From: Eledone cirrhosa | Taxonomy: Eukaryota | Assembly: GCA_964016885.1 (NCBI GenBank) | Contig: OZ024746.1 | Span: 72,540,001 to 72,604,000, forward strand | Length of the DNA: 64,000 bases | Direction of reading: 5' to 3' | Shown here: positions 45,127-60,546 of the stretch, piece by piece | Layout: the number at the start of each line of letters is the position of its first letter | Numbering within the stretch: position 1 is the first letter of the stretch | Position numbers and translations under genes: made by a program | The notes under the pieces: generated by a model | Database searches by the model: none | What the model saw: the letters and a program-made list of their open reading frames with translations, nothing else | What the model was told of the DNA's origin: nothing

Positions 45127-45450
45127 TGTCTGACTCTCTAAAACTCAAGAACCACCCAACCGATTGTTTTCAAACTTTACACATGTAATACTTATCGTCC
45201 TGTGAGTGTTTTAAGTAAAAGATATTTCAAATTTTCAATGCCCTAAGGACCGTATGAGGCGATTTAGCGATCTCTCTATATAATTCTTAGTCTTTCTTTA
45301 AAGCTATAGCTATAGCTTTAAAAAATTAGCTTTTAATGAACTCCCTTTTTTTTTAATCCATCAACCAATGACCCCCTTCCATCCCAATCCCCACCCTCTC
45401 CTACCACCAGAAAAGAAAAGATATAAATACCACCACTTACTTGGACAGCC

Positions 45451-45501
45451 AGCTTCCTGATGATTTCTCACGAATGAAACAGTTCTAGTCCTGTAGAAGC
45501 T
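45451..45501 (+). ncRNA. Type I hammerhead ribozyme (family C)
   Basis: agcttc-CTGATGA-tttc tcac gaat-GAAA-cag ttctagtc ctg-TA-gaagct. Confidence 0.8.
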
Positions 45502-45514
45502 CTTCTATATTAAT

Positions 45515-46167
<653 letters not shown>

Positions 46168-47317
46168 AAAGGGTAAAGACCCTATTCGGTCCCGAATGAC
46201 CTTGGGATTTACACCTAGAAAGTTCCTCTTCGAAACACAAGCAGGGTCTTTTTGTGGAAGACCAGCAGTAACCCTTGCGTACCAGTCTCCCTTTTACATA
46301 TCACCAATGTTATTCAAGGGAAATGATACATTGATACAGCTTGGCACCAATGACGTAGCAACTTACTTCTACAGCTGAGTGAAGTGGAGCAACGTGAAAT
46401 AGTCGCTTGGTTCATAAATGTGTATCTGTATATATGCAGTTAGCAATCTCGGATAAACTCTGTACTTTATATGTACAAATATAAATGAATCCAATGTTTG
46501 TTTATTATCTGCACATTGGAATTTAACACGGGTCCTCAAGATTGCGAAGAGAACTTCTTAAGCATACAGTTAATGCTAGATAAACAAATACTAACAAACA
46601 CTAAAAAAAAAATTTAAAAAAATTAAAAAAAGAAACAGCTGCATCATTAGCAGCAGCCGATATGACAGAAATACAATTGTCTAGATTATCACATATCGCC
46701 ATTATTCAGAAATATATTGACTATGATATCTTCCAGGTCATTGATGCGGCAGCCATTTTAACTAAAGACTGAGCGCTTTTGACAACTACACAAACAGTTT
46801 CATTTTGTTTTGTCGAAATTCGGTGAAGATGGAACTCATTGTAGGAATTATGATGAAGCAAAGAGTTTGGTTGGGTGGGCAATTCAAATAATGCTGGAGA
46901 AGTTTTACCAGGAAAATATATTTTTTCTTCATTTTGTGTTTTGTATATGTTTTGGTTTTCTTGTTTATTTGTTTTTCAGTTCTTGTTGTTTTTGTTTTGT
47001 TTTGTTTTGTTGTTTTTTTTTGCTTCTTGTCTTATTTGCATATTTGCCTTTTTGTGTTTTCTGGTTCTTGTAGCTATTGATGTTCTTGGCAGTGGTGGTG
47101 GTTTTTGTTTTTGTTGTTGTTGCTGTTAAAGCCGGCCATTAATTTTTATAACCACTTCTTTATAACTATTGTTGTTATTGTTGTTGCTTTTGTTGCTGCT
47201 GCTGTTGCTGCTGTTGTAATCCTGTTTATAGTATTTATTGTTGTTGTTATTGTTACCGTAGTTGTTGTTACCATTGTTATTGTTATTATTGTTTGTCATT
47301 ATTTTTCTAATCGCTTA

Positions 47318-47507
47318 GGCGGTGGATTGGCAGTATCGGTAGAGGGTCGGACGCCATGCTTTCCAGCATAGTTACGTCCCTTTACGGTCTGAGTTCAAAT
47401 TCCGCCGAGGTTAACTTTGCCTTTCATCCTTACGGGGTCGATAAAATAAAGTACCAGTAATGTATTGGGTAATTGATGGCCTTGTGCCAAAAGTAGAAAC
47501 AATTATT
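47318..47507 (+). mobile_element. SINE family 1 with TSD of about 19 bp
   Basis: attatttttctaatcgctt flanks both ends. Confidence 0.88.
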
Positions 47508-47916
47508 TTTCTAATCGCTTCTGTAGATGTTTTCCGTGTTGTTACTTATGTTGTTATTATTACTGGTGTTGTTATTTTTGTTACTGTTGTTATTATTACT
47601 GTTGATGATGATATTTTTATTATTGATTTTATTCTTGTTGCCATTGCTTTTTATGTTTGACTGTCGGTGTATTCGTATAACTGTGGTTGGTACAGAAGAA
47701 AAGCTTTGCAATGATTACATCTCGACATGTTTAAATCTGTAAAACGCCAGCTCCCTTTGTGTACGGTTTACCAAAACCGTGGGGAGTGATAATTTACTTG
47801 GGGTTGTACATGAAGGAGTGTAAGATTGTTTAAGCGTTTGATATATATGTGTATGTCTGTCTGTCTGTCTATATGTGCGTGTGTGTGTGTGCGCGCGTAC
47901 AATATTATTTTATGGG

Positions 47917-48092
47917 GGCGGTGGATTGGCAGTATTGGTAGAAGGTCTGATACCATTCTTTACAGCAAAGAGTTACGGCCCTTTGTGGTCTGAGTTCAAA
48001 TCCCGCCGAGGTTAACTTTGTCTTTCATCCTTACGGCGTCGATAAAATAAGCACCAGTAATACACTGGGATAATTGCTGGTCTTGTAGAAAC
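47917..48092 (+). mobile_element. SINE family 1
   Basis: Consensus match, more diverged. Confidence 0.75.
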
Positions 48093-48654
48093 AGATATTG
48101 AAGTAGAAACAGATATTTTATGAGAATTTGTATAAACTATTAGTAGTTATGTAGGTGGTATAATATGAAGTATATAGAGCCATGCTACCGATATCATGAG
48201 GTTACATGATGAAGTGTAGACGGTGCATGTCTTGGTGGTTAGGGTCTTCGAATGACGACCGTAAGGTCGTAAATTCGATTCCCGATGTGGCGTTGCGTCC
48301 TTGAGCAAGACAATTTATTTCACGTTGCTTCAGTTCACTCAGCTAGCAAAAACCATTTACATGGCCGGTCTTGTCACATTCTGTATTATGCTGAATCTTT
48401 CTGACGTTAACAGTGCGCGTGTCTTTAGAATATTCTGCCACTTGCACGTTAATTTCATGAGCAGGCTGTTCCGTTGGTCAAACAACTGGAGCACTCGTTG
48501 TCGTAACGTACGGAGTTCCAACAATATGATGAACTAGAGGTATATAATTTTAAATGTGACATATAAAATGTTTAGAGCGGATAATTTTAATATTGGTTTC
48601 TGATATAGGTGCAAGTCCGGCAAATTGGTGGGAGGGGAAAGTCAATTAAATCAA

Positions 48655-48754
48655 ATTAACCTCCGCGAGATTTGAACTCAGATAATAAAGGGCCGTAACT
48701 CTATGTTGCAAAGCATGGCGTCCAACTCTCTACCGATACTGCCAATCCACCGCC
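48655..48754 (-). mobile_element. SINE family 1, 5' half
   Basis: Reverse-complement match to the tRNA-like head. Confidence 0.7.
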
Positions 48755-49921
48755 CCTGGGTAATTTTAATATTATGAAGTAATAGTAACCATGGAAATGT
48801 GTTATCATAAAAGCAATATGATTTAACATAATGGAAGTGTGAAAGGTAATGGCTGTTGGTATAATATCTAAATTAATATTGATGTTTTCTGGATAAGGAA
48901 AACCATTAATATTATAGGTGGTAATTAGGAGAATTGATGTGGAGATGCTGAAGGGATGTTATATTTTTAAAAAACTGTATTTGTAAAATGGAAGTTAGGT
49001 GCTAATGTAATTATCAATGATAAGATAATGTGTGTATCATTAGCTATTATTGGATGTAATTTAATTATATTAGCGAGGTCTCACCTTATATGTATATATA
49101 GTTGACAACAGGAGAGATTTACCCTAATAGGTGGCTAATAGGTTGACATAATTTTACATAATAGCTCAACATCTACTCAATGCTTCAAAGGTTTGATCTA
49201 CCCTAACAGGCAAATACCTTATATAACATCCTAGCATCTACTTCATACTATTGCTAATCAATGGCTCTTTATCTTATGAACAATACATTCTACTTCTTCT
49301 TATAAATCGAAGGGCACACTTAATATTTCGTATAATATTCTCTCACGGTACTGCATGAATTGATTTTAAATTCTCATTTACTGGAATAATGCATGAAACT
49401 GCGTTACATTTAGAAATTTGGCCATTAAATCTTCTCTATCTTATAACTCATAACTGTAAAATGTATTTCCTACTTCATACTACTTTCCAATACATATCTC
49501 ATGTTTCTAATTATTTCTAAGAAACTGCTAGCCAGCCTACACTCTTTGTTACACCAAAGTCCAACTGAAATTCCATTAATATCTCCTTAACTTGACTCCA
49601 TCAATATGCTGAAAATGACACTAAGTTTAGCCAGGGGACAGGAACCGTTTCAATTTAAAGAGCCATTTTTAGCTATAAAAACAATAAATAGGGGACGCAT
49701 AATGTATTATAAAGAAAAATACATACAAGAGAACATGATTTTGTTTTTACTTGATGTTATTTTTTATCTTTCAATTTTTTTCTGAAATTACTTCAATGCC
49801 CGGTTAAAAATAATAAGAGGGTTGCTGATTAGTGTTACAGAATGTCGAAAAATACCAGTTGACAACACCGTAATATCATTAGAAAACATATAATATTCCG
49901 GACACCATACATGTAATGTGT

Positions 49922-49992
<71 letters not shown>

Positions 49993-50005
49993 CACACACA
50001 CACAC

Positions 50006-50610
50006 ACGAGAGTCGGCTGAAACATTCATAGGCTAACCAAGATGCTCACATGGAAACAGGCTTGTTCTTCAACATGTCCCCCTTGCGGTCCATACACTTC
50101 TTCCATCGATATTTCAGTGCTTGGACCCCATTAATGAAGGAGCTTTCATCCTGTTCGTCAAAAACGTTAACAGCAGATATGACGGCATTATCACTGCGAT
50201 ACTGGTTCCCAGCCTAGTGCTTTTTCCTGTTCGGGACAGCAGATAGTCAGATGGAGCCAAATCAAGAGAATGGTATAGTATGATCAACGTAGATCAGCCA
50301 TTGAAACCAAGGACGTATGCTCTGGAGCATTGTCCCAATGAAACAAGGCCCCTTTCGTCAGTTTTCCAAGGCGTTTGATCTTGATAGCCTTTCGAAACTG
50401 CCTCAGCAAGTTGGCATAGTACTTTCCATTGATGGCGTGGCCCTTTTGCATCCTAAAAACCTAAAGCCATCACCTTCCCTACATATGAAACAACCTTGGC
50501 CTTTTGGGGGCAGGTGAGGAGGAGGTGTTTCCACTGCATGGATTCTCTGTGTCTCTGGCTCAAAGTAGTGAACCTAACATTTATCCTGGGTTACGATTCG
50601 TTCAAGGAAA
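50006..50610 (-). mobile_element. Mariner transposase C-terminal fragment with TIR
   Basis: Minus strand gives SLDLAPSDYLLFPN and RWKKCMDRKGD. Ends at a TIR-like (c)acgagagtcggctgaaa. Confidence 0.75.
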
Positions 50611-50690
<80 letters not shown>

Positions 50691-50814
50691 ACACACACAC
50701 ACTCACACACACACACACACTCACATATAACCTCTAGAAGGCTGAAGTCACCAGAGTAATCAAAGAGCTCAGATATGTGTGCCGGGTGGCCTGAATCTTT
50801 AAAAAGGCATCTAA

Positions 50815-51160
50815 GCAATGGCAATCGGGAGTGATAATCTTAATCTTTAAAAGGGAAGACTAGAAAGATTCTATTAATTATAGAGCGATCTCCTTGTTAA
50901 GCCTCATGAGTAAAGTCTATGCTAATTGTCTGGCCAAGAGATGTCGAGTCCAAGCTAGCTAGCTGGCCAAGAGATTGTCGAGTCCAAGCTAGCTAGCGAA
51001 CAGTCCAAGCTAGCTAGCAGCACAACCGATCAAATATTCACACTACAGTAGGTCTTTGAGAAATCGTGAGAGTATTGCCAAGAGGTGTATACTTGCTTCG
51101 TGTTACACAGGACTTGTTCTGGAAGGTTCTGCAGAAGTATCGGATCTATGGAAAGCTTCC
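50815..51160 (+). mobile_element. RTE-like LINE reverse transcriptase fragment
   Basis: NYRAISLLSLMSKVYA and TTDQIFTLQ*VFEKS*EYCQEVYTCFV, degenerate. Confidence 0.7.
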
Positions 51161-51414
51161 GTGTCACGCTGAACTGCCTGCATGTTAATTTCATGAGCAG
51201 GTTGTTTCGTTGATTGAATTAATTGGAACACTCGCCATCATAACCGACATAGTACCAGTATTTTTTTTTTTAATAAATAGTTTACGGACTGCCATCACGT
51301 CTAAGGAAAGAATCACGTGAAGTAGAATGGCTGATGCAGTGGGTATCGCTGGCTCTTCTCCGCAGAAACGCTTTTGCCATATTTTAGTTTTGTTATTACA
51401 CATATTTTCCTGTA

Positions 51415-51478
51415 GCTGTTGTTACTCATGTTGTTGTTGTTGCTGTTGCTATTGTTATTGTTGTTGTTGTTGTTGCTC

Positions 51479-51537
<59 letters not shown>

Positions 51538-51561
51538 CATGTTGTTGTTGTTGATGTTGCT

Positions 51562-51594
<33 letters not shown>

Positions 51595-51790
51595 GCTGTT
51601 GCTCTTGCTCTTGTTGTTGTTGTTGCTCTTGTTGTTGTTGCTGTTGCTCTTGTTGTTGTTGTTGCTCTTGTTGTTGTTGCTGCTCTTGTTGTTGCTGCTG
51701 TTGCTGCTCTTGTTGTTGTTGCTGTTGCTGTTGTTGTTGTAGTTACTGTTGTTCTTGTTGTTCCTTTTCTTGCTGCTATTCTTGTTGTTC
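51415..51790 (+). repeat. (GTT)n/(GCT)n trinucleotide tract
   Basis: Direct observation. Confidence 0.9.
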
Positions 51791-52074
51791 CTCGTCTAAA
51801 ATAATCTCAAGGTTTAACCATGATGTCGTGACGTTGATAAATGAGAACGAGGTGACGCCAACCTAACCTCAAACCAAAGCTATTGATTTCGAGACTAGCA
51901 GAGTTTTTCTTCCTATTATTTTATTAATATCTGTTTTTCTTCCTAACTAATTCCTTCTTATCCATATCATTCTTATTTATTTTCCTTCCTATTTATTTTT
52001 TTTTTCATATCTATTTTCATCCCTATTTCCCTTCTTTTTCTTTTCTTTCCTATCTATATTCATTCCTATATATA

Positions 52075-52740
52075 TATATTCCTTCCTAATTCCTTCCTAT
52101 CTATATTCCTTCCTATCTATATTCCTTCCTATCTATATTCCTTCCTATCTATTTTCATTCCTATCTATATTCCTTCCTATCTATATTCCTTCCTATCTAT
52201 ATTCCTTCCTATCTATTTTCATTCCTATCTATATTCCTTCCTGTCTATATTCCTTCCTAATTCCTTCCTATCTATATTCCTTCCTATCTATATTCCTTCC
52301 TGTCTATATTCCTTCCTAATTCCTTCCTATCTATATTCCTTCCTATCTATATTCCTTCCTGTCTATATTCCTTCCTAATTCCTTCCTATCTATATTCCTT
52401 CCTATCTATATTCCTTCCTATCTATATTCCTTCCTATCTATTTTCATTCCTATCTATATTCCTTCCTGTCTATATTCCTTCCTAATTCCTTCCTATCTAT
52501 ATTCCTTCCTATCTATATTCCTTCCTGTCTATATTCCTTCCTAATTCCTTCCTATCTATATTCCTTCCTATCTATATTCCTTCCTGTCTATATTCCTTCC
52601 TAATTCCTTCCTATCTATATTCCTTCCTATCTATATTCCTTCCTGTCTATATTCCTTCCTAATTCCTTCCTATCTATATTCCTTCCTGTCTATATTCCTT
52701 CCTGTCTATATTCCTTCCTAATTCCTTCCTATCTATATTA
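52075..52740 (+). repeat. 16-bp minisatellite (tatattccttcctatc) with a 43-bp higher-order unit
   Basis: Units ending in cctatc, cctgtc or cctaat alternate regularly. Confidence 0.85.
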
Positions 52741-53018
52741 TTCCTTATATATTCTAATCGTATCTATTTCATTCCTATATATTTTATTCTTATCTGTTTT
52801 CCTTTCTATATATTTCATTCCTATGTTTTCATTCCCATTTCTTTTCATTCCCATCTACCTCCTTCCTGTCTCTTTTGTTTCTTTTCCTTTTTCTTCTCGT
52901 TTGTGTCTGTTTCTTATATCTTTCGTTGTTGTTAGTTTTTTCTTTTTCTTTTCCGTCGTTCTATCCGCACTTAAATGTCTTTCTACATCGGGGTTTTCTT
53001 TCTCATTTTTTTCACTTA

Positions 53019-53116
<98 letters not shown>

Positions 53117-54073
53117 GGTAGGTTTCGTGTTTCTGTGCTGATGTGTATGCGCGTGTATCTGTCTGTCTGTGTGCATATGTGTATGTGTGTGTGTATGCGT
53201 CTATATGTGAAAGTATAGTTGTGATTTTTGTTAATAGTGTGTATTTGTGAGATTGTGTATCAGTCTTTATAACTATTTCTTTTAATTTGTATATGCTATC
53301 CCTACTTATTTTCTTTTTTATTATTGTTTATTATTGTTTTAAACTGAAGGAAAGGATTATCTTTCGCAAACCCTCTATTGATGACATTCCACTTAAACTG
53401 TTGCCTCTTAAGGACCTTAGCAAAGAACATATGCAGAGAGGGAATTCTAGAGGAATGACATATTGGGAAGGAAGGACTGGCCTTAGTATATAGTTTCGAG
53501 TCTGCGGGGAGGGAGGGGTTTACATATTATAGGTGTCGAAAGGAGGGCAGATGAGTGAGCAATCGGGAGTGCCTGAGTGGCGGTGACACGAAACCAGCAA
53601 GCTCCGGGGAGCATAGGTCTCTATACTATCTCTAATAAAGGATGGAGTGTGTTTGTGAGTGACTTCTTGCTAATCAGTTGGGTGCTATTAACTCACTGAC
53701 CAGCTGACTAACATTTCTCCAAAATGGCTGACTGAATACATGCGTATTTTTTCTCAAAAGTTTTTTTTTTTTCGTTCCTTCCTCTTTCTATTCTCTATCT
53801 TTATATTTCATCTTTTATTTCTCATTCTATCTTCTAGTGAAAGAATAGTGTCCGAAACGTTAAGACTCCTTTCCTACTATATCAAGCGTTAAACTAATAT
53901 ATTCATTGTACTGGGTCGTTTGTTTCGTTATTTCTGTTTACTTTTTGCTATTGATGGCCCCTTCACCTCTTTTCCATATGTATCGTCGGTATCTTCTTTC
54001 TATGTGTCTTTCGCTGCCTATCCTATATTTTTATATTTCCTTATTTTTCAGTGTGATATGAAGTCGCCCCGTT

Positions 54074-54745
54074 ATGACAGTGTTATCTCTTGTGCTGTAC
54101 GTTCTGGCAGTTGTTGCCGGTTTAATCCTGTTCGGACTTTATCGGCAAAGGTCAGAAAACTCTAAGGAAGAACTGGTCTCAGAGGACACCGTTTACACCC
54201 GCTACAAAGTGAAACCTTCCATATTTTCGGTACTTGGCATCCAGTACTATGGCAACAGTAACTACTTCTGTTCGTTTGACGATCACTTCGAGACTTTCGA
54301 CGCTGTCAGCAAGGCATGTAGACGGGCTGGCCTGGAACGTTGTCAGTTGATAGTGGGAGTGGACTTTACTGCCAGTAACGAGTGGCAGGGTCGAAAGACT
54401 TTCAACGGTCATTGCCTACATAAAGTTTGGCCGGGCAAGATTTTTAATCCTTACCAAAAGGTTATATCTATTTTGGGACAGACCCTGGAACCGTTCGACG
54501 AAGACAAACTGATCCCAGCCTTCGGTTTCGGTGACACTAAAACAATGAACCAGGACGTTTTTTACTTGAACCCGTCGGAAAACCCTTGCTATGGTTTCCA
54601 CGAGGTGTTAGAGCGATACAATGAAGCGGTTCAAAACATCGCTCTGAGTGGCCCCACAACTTTCTGCCCCATCATTGAAAAAGCCATCGAAATTGTCAAG
54701 GAGAAAAATACCTACCACATCCTTGTAATTATTGCTGATGGTCAG
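54074..54745 (+). CDS. Copine/RGLG-type vWA-domain protein, first coding exon (N-terminal hydrophobic anchor, no C2 domains)
   Basis: ATG at 54074, 224 codons. Hydrophobic N-terminus [23 protein letters not shown], then [50 protein letters not shown] and [11 protein letters not shown], all copine vWA motifs. Ends at donor CAG|gtaag (phase 0). An upstream acceptor ttatttttcag ends at 54051. Confidence 0.92.
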
Positions 54746-54822
54746 GTAAGCTTCCCTATAAATTACTCTCTATTTGTCTTCCTCTACATGTTGTTGTCGT
54801 TTCTACTTATGATGTTCTTCGG

Positions 54823-54854
<32 letters not shown>

Positions 54855-54900
54855 CAAATATATATTTATTGGTGTCTAACTTTAAGTTACTATTGGTTCA

Positions 54901-55049
<149 letters not shown>

Positions 55050-55106
55050 GGGGCTCACAAGTAGATAGTCAGTGATGATACGTTATTATTGATATGTTTG
55101 TATTTT

Positions 55107-55297
55107 GGCGGTGGATTGGCAGTATCGGTAGAGGGTCGGACGCCATGCTTTCCAGCATAGTTACGTCCCTTTACGATCTGAGTTCAAATCCCGCCGAGGT
55201 TGACTTTGCCTTTCATCCTTACGGGGTCGATAAAATAAAGTACCAGTAATGCACTGGGTAATTGCTGGCCTTGTGCCTAAAGTAGAAACAATTATTG
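55107..55297 (+). mobile_element. SINE family 1 with TSD, inside the copine intron
   Basis: Consensus match with attattgatatgtttgtat duplicated on both sides. Confidence 0.88.
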
Positions 55298-55526
55298 ATA
55301 TGTTTGTATAATCAATAAAATACACACACATATATATATTGTTTAAGAAACCAACTTCTACATATTCCATGCCGTAAAACAATGGGTTGTGTAGGACTTA
55401 TATTATACAATATAATATAATATACAATATAATGCATGATGCATAACTAACAAATTATAAATAATAATCTATTATTGACAAATATTTAGCATATATTAAC
55501 ATGTGTTCTGTCTGTTATCTTGGCAG

Positions 55527-55856
55527 GTGAACGAACAAGGTGAAACGGTAAGAGCCATTGTAGAAGCGTCTGAGTACCCCTTGAGTATCATTGTGGTGGG
55601 CGTTGGTGACGGACCGTGGGACATCATGGAGGAATTTGACAACTGTTTACCGCGTCGGAAATTCGACAATTTCCAGTTTGTCGATTACCACGGAACAGTG
55701 GGCAAATCCAAACATCCGGAAGCCGTTTTTGCCTTACATGCTTTGATGGAAGTACCCGACCAATACAAGACCATCCGGAGCCTGGGATACCTCCAGACGG
55801 AAGACAAGTTCTACGGAATTATGGGTGGAAACTACAAGATAGAGTCCAATGTTTGA
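55527..55856 (+). CDS. Copine/RGLG-type vWA-domain protein, last coding exon
   Basis: Acceptor ttatcttggcag|GTG. In-frame VNEQGETVRAIVEASEYPLSIIVVGVGDGPWDIMEEFD..RKFDNFQFV..ALMEVPDQY to TGA. The spliced CDS is 333 aa. Confidence 0.92.
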   Translation: MNEQGETVRAIVEASEYPLSIIVVGVGDGPWDIMEEFDNCLPRRKFDNFQFVDYHGTVGKSKHPEAVFALHALMEVPDQYKTIRSLGYLQTEDKFYGIMGGNYKIESNV

Positions 55857-56071
55857 AGGGCACCAACTACAACACTATGAATATTTTATTACAATTCTTC
55901 TGTCCAAACACTGTTGTAAACACATATACCATAGTACTATACATGCCATATCCATTACTTCTTTCTCTTTCTTTCTTTCTCTACTCTCTCGCTTTCCTCT
56001 TTTTCTCTCCTGACTCATCGAAACCTTTAAAAAATCATGGATGATATTTTCTAGGATATATATGTATGCGC

Positions 56072-56175
<104 letters not shown>

Positions 56176-57145
56176 ATATACATACATATACATATATGCA
56201 TGTATGCATAATGTATACATATATGTGTGTATGTTTGTATTTATGTATGTAAGTATATAGTAGTTAAATATCACTGTTGGACCATGCTTTTAGGTTCCAT
56301 ACCGGCGAAGGCAATCGTCAGTTGAACAATGACCAAATAAATTAAGCAACAAAATTAACATTTTTTAGCAATATAAAATTGCAACAAAAGAGCAAAAGAA
56401 AAACGATGTAGTTTTAATGGAGTGTTTTAAAATATTAGCGTTGTCCTGGTGGAATTCTAGGAGCTGAGTCCAAGGGAGAAAACGGTGGTGTTTATAAAAC
56501 AAACATTGCGACTCTCAATCATTCCTAATTGATATACACATTATACACACTTCTATGGTTCAATATACATCTCGCTCTTTGATATATACCGGTCTCAGGC
56601 CAATCTCTTCCAAATGTTCTCTCATTTTATCCAATTCTACAGAAAAGAAATTCAACTCAACGTAGAGAGAAAGGATATATGGAAGGCTGTTGTGGATTCC
56701 CTTCCATTTTTGTTTTCTTATTCAAGATCTCTTTTAAATAAATAAACATTTTGGTGGTAATTCGTATTACCGACATTTTTATTGAAACATCAATAAACAT
56801 CAGATAGGCTGTAGTGTGGAATTGTGGGACACAACACAAAAAAGAAATACAAGGGTTTTCAAAGACGGCAAAAAAACATGGCGTGTCTATACTGCTGTCT
56901 CCCACCATTTTCCTTTTTACTCTCGTGGTTCAACAAGAGTTTAAACAAAGAAGTCATGGCTGTTTACTGTTTGTTATTTAATGCAATGTTTGTTTTTGAA
57001 AAAGAAACAAGTGTTGTCTTTGTTTCTTTTCTTGCTGTGGGGGTGAGACAAGTTTATAACATCGTTAATTTTATTTTTATAATAAACATATTTTTTCCTC
57101 TGTGAAAAAATATCAATGTATTTTTCCTTTAAACGTTATAACATG

Positions 57146-57246
<101 letters not shown>

Positions 57247-57849
57247 GCAACAATGTACGTATGTGTATGTGTTTGTTCATGTTGCTGTGTATGTGGTCTA
57301 TGTTATGTTGATGTGTATATATGTATATGTATATGTATATATGTATATGTATATATTTATGTGTGTATGTGTGTATGTGTTTGTATACATATGTGTGTAT
57401 ACAATGGAAGGCACTTATTGCGATCATTTTGGGGTGAAAATATTTCGATAACAGTAAGCGGTTGTTAACAATAATTAGCTGATAAATATAAGCAAATATT
57501 GGGTTTGGATACATTAGTTTTTATAACAATAACCTGTTGATAATATTGTGGGTGATTATAAGTGACTTCCATTATATGTTTGTCTGTACAGTTAAATTAT
57601 ATATCTATACATATATGCATTATACAAAATTAATATATAACACGCCACTTTTATACACATATATTTTTGTGTATATATATATAATATATAATATATAATA
57701 TATATATATATATGCATAAGCTGCCTAAATTTATATAAAATCATTTAATCTCCAACTATATATATATATGTGTGTATGTATATATATGTGTATATATATA
57801 TGTATGTATGTATATGTGTGTATATGTGTGTATATATATGTATGTATAA

Positions 57850-57944
<95 letters not shown>

Positions 57945-58563
57945 AGTATGTTTGTATATATGTGTGTTGATGATATATATATTATGTATATATATATAAT
58001 TGATATATGAGACCGAAATTCTGAATTTACAATTTTTTAACGAATAGCTTCCGCCACCCACACACCTCACCCCTCCATTAAATCAACGTGAAATATTTGG
58101 CATAATTCAAAGGTAATTTCATCAGACAATTAAACTACTGTTCCATATATGTGCGTGTGCATGTGTATGTGTGTGTATGTGCGTGTGCTTGTCTAAATGT
58201 ATGAGAGTAAATTCATATGAATTGTTATTTCTGCATCTATGTGGGAAACAAAGTGCATGTATTTAATTATTTGAACATATATACATGTGTGTGTGTGTGT
58301 GTGTACATATAATACATATATATGTAATATGAGTGTATATATAAGTAAGCACACATTGGTTAAAAAAATATTTTTTAATCATATTTCTATTCATATTTTG
58401 CCTCTATATACTATATATATATATGTAGGTGAGAGTGTGTGGGTGTGAGTATGTGTGCGTATGTGTGCGTGCATGTGTGTGTAGATAGATAGAATATATG
58501 CAAATATACTGCTCCCACAATGTTAATGCGTCTGTATGCATATCTATCTATCAATCTATCTCG

Positions 58564-58607
<44 letters not shown>

Positions 58608-58609
<2 letters not shown>

Positions 58610-59026
58610 AGGAGGTTATAGTTCACTTGAAGCATTGTGTAATGAGGTATAAACGTTTGTATATGTATAATAAAGCCAAAACAATGCAGGTATGGACATA
58701 GAATAAAGAATGCAAATGATATTGTTGACAATTAGTCTTTTACCTTAGATTTATTTAAATGTCCTTAATTTTCGAGATAATATCTCTTCTTCGGAGGGAA
58801 GTAAAGCGGTTAAACCAGTGTTCTAAATAGCTTGCCAAGTCATGCTATTTAGAACACTGGTTTAACCGCTTTACTTCCTTCCGAAGAAGAGATATTATCT
58901 CGAAAATTAAGGACATTTAAATAAATCTAAGGTAAAAGACTAATTGTCAACAATATCTTTTGCATTTGCATTCTTTATTCTATGTCCATACCTGCATTGT
59001 TTTGGCTTTATTATACATATACAAAC

Positions 59027-59033
<7 letters not shown>
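58608..59033. repeat. Near-perfect palindrome (arms of about 185 bp, 12-nt spacer, 40-bp one-sided tail) in (TA)n
   Basis: 58648-58831 is the reverse complement of 58844-59033. The extra segment 58608-58647 is on the left only. Confidence 0.85.
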
Positions 59034-59086
<53 letters not shown>

Positions 59087-59956
59087 CAAGACATAGATAT
59101 ACATATACATATATATATACTGCTTTCATTTCCCTCCCACGTTTTTATGATCATCGGATTGTGTCGCCATCTGCTGATAATATTTAAAATTAAATGTTTG
59201 TGATGTAGTCAGTCGAAACTTACCGAGCCGATTGGGGATGTTCTACGTGGTCTCCCCCATAACATTGGATAATGGCGTTGTTTTGAGGAGATTTTAAAGC
59301 TGTTTTGTATCAAGCTTTTTCAGATGACTTTTCTAAAATGCTTATGTAAAATATTTGGTTATTTGGTTGAAGATCGATGTATATAAATTCAGGCATTTAT
59401 CACTTTTGTAGTTGTTATTGTCTCAGAATTTAATGATTATTATGTCGACACTCTGAGATTAGTTACTATTTCTTATTTAATCGTAAAAAATATCTTGTTA
59501 TTGTTGTCCGAGATATGCCATGGGTATGGTTGAAAATAATAAGATGGAGTGGTCATTGCTTAAATGCCTTTGATTAAAGATGTGCTCGACTGGGGCTCAA
59601 CAACAACAAGTGATCACTTATCACTTACAGTAACGTGTGTGTGTCTTAATTGGCTAGCTACCAAATCCTCTTCTTCGTGGAGTAATTAAAACCAATCAGT
59701 TATACATCGGTTCCTCTCAAGCACTAGAGTATTCAGGTTCATATCACTATATATATATATATATATATGCGTGTGTGTTTTATGTATTGGAATGAATGGT
59801 ATCGACCTTAAAAATACTGAAACCGTAGTGATTTCCAGAGGTTGACTAAGGAGATGGGACTGTCCGTCTTTCTGTTGATTTTTTTCCCTTGTCTTTGTCC
59901 TGTGAGCTCCCTATTTTGAATTTATATTCTAGACTTAGTCATGCGGGCTTTTTGGA

Positions 59957-60019
<63 letters not shown>

Positions 60020-60023
60020 TATA

Positions 60024-60116
<93 letters not shown>

Positions 60117-60483
60117 AGATAACTGAATCCCATTCGAATGAAAGATTTTGATAGAGAGTTATGTATTGAAAAAATAAAAGTATTATATATAAGGTACATT
60201 TAGACGACGGGGCCATTTGAGCTGGGCAGGTGATGAATAAAAAATAAACCATGATAGATGATGTATATTAAAAGGATACACATCATTATGGTTTATAGAA
60301 ATTATTTCTTCTTTATATGGTGAAAAAAGTGATATATATGTAATAAAATTATGAATTATAAAATTTATAAATTTATAAAATATTGAGTTCAAATACAAAA
60401 TTTAATAAAATCGATTTTAAATGGTTTCAGAGTGAAATGGATTTTTAAAAAAATGAAGGTGAAATAAATTTAAATGGTTTCAA

Positions 60484-60546
60484 TATGTCGGCCCGAATAC
60501 GAACCCGAATCGACTGCTTGGAATATAACATTTACACCACCGATAC
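60484..60546 (-). pseudogene. Degenerate tRNA-Gly(TCC)-like sequence
   Basis: gtatcggtggtgtaaatg..ttccaagcagtcgattcgggttcgtattcgggccgacata resembles tRNA-Gly-TCC with an internal deletion. Confidence 0.5.

Noticed and set aside
46745-46762. YY1-like GCAGCCATTTT motif (also CAAGATGGCCG at 37248) as a promoter
   Set aside because: Short motifs without transcript evidence.
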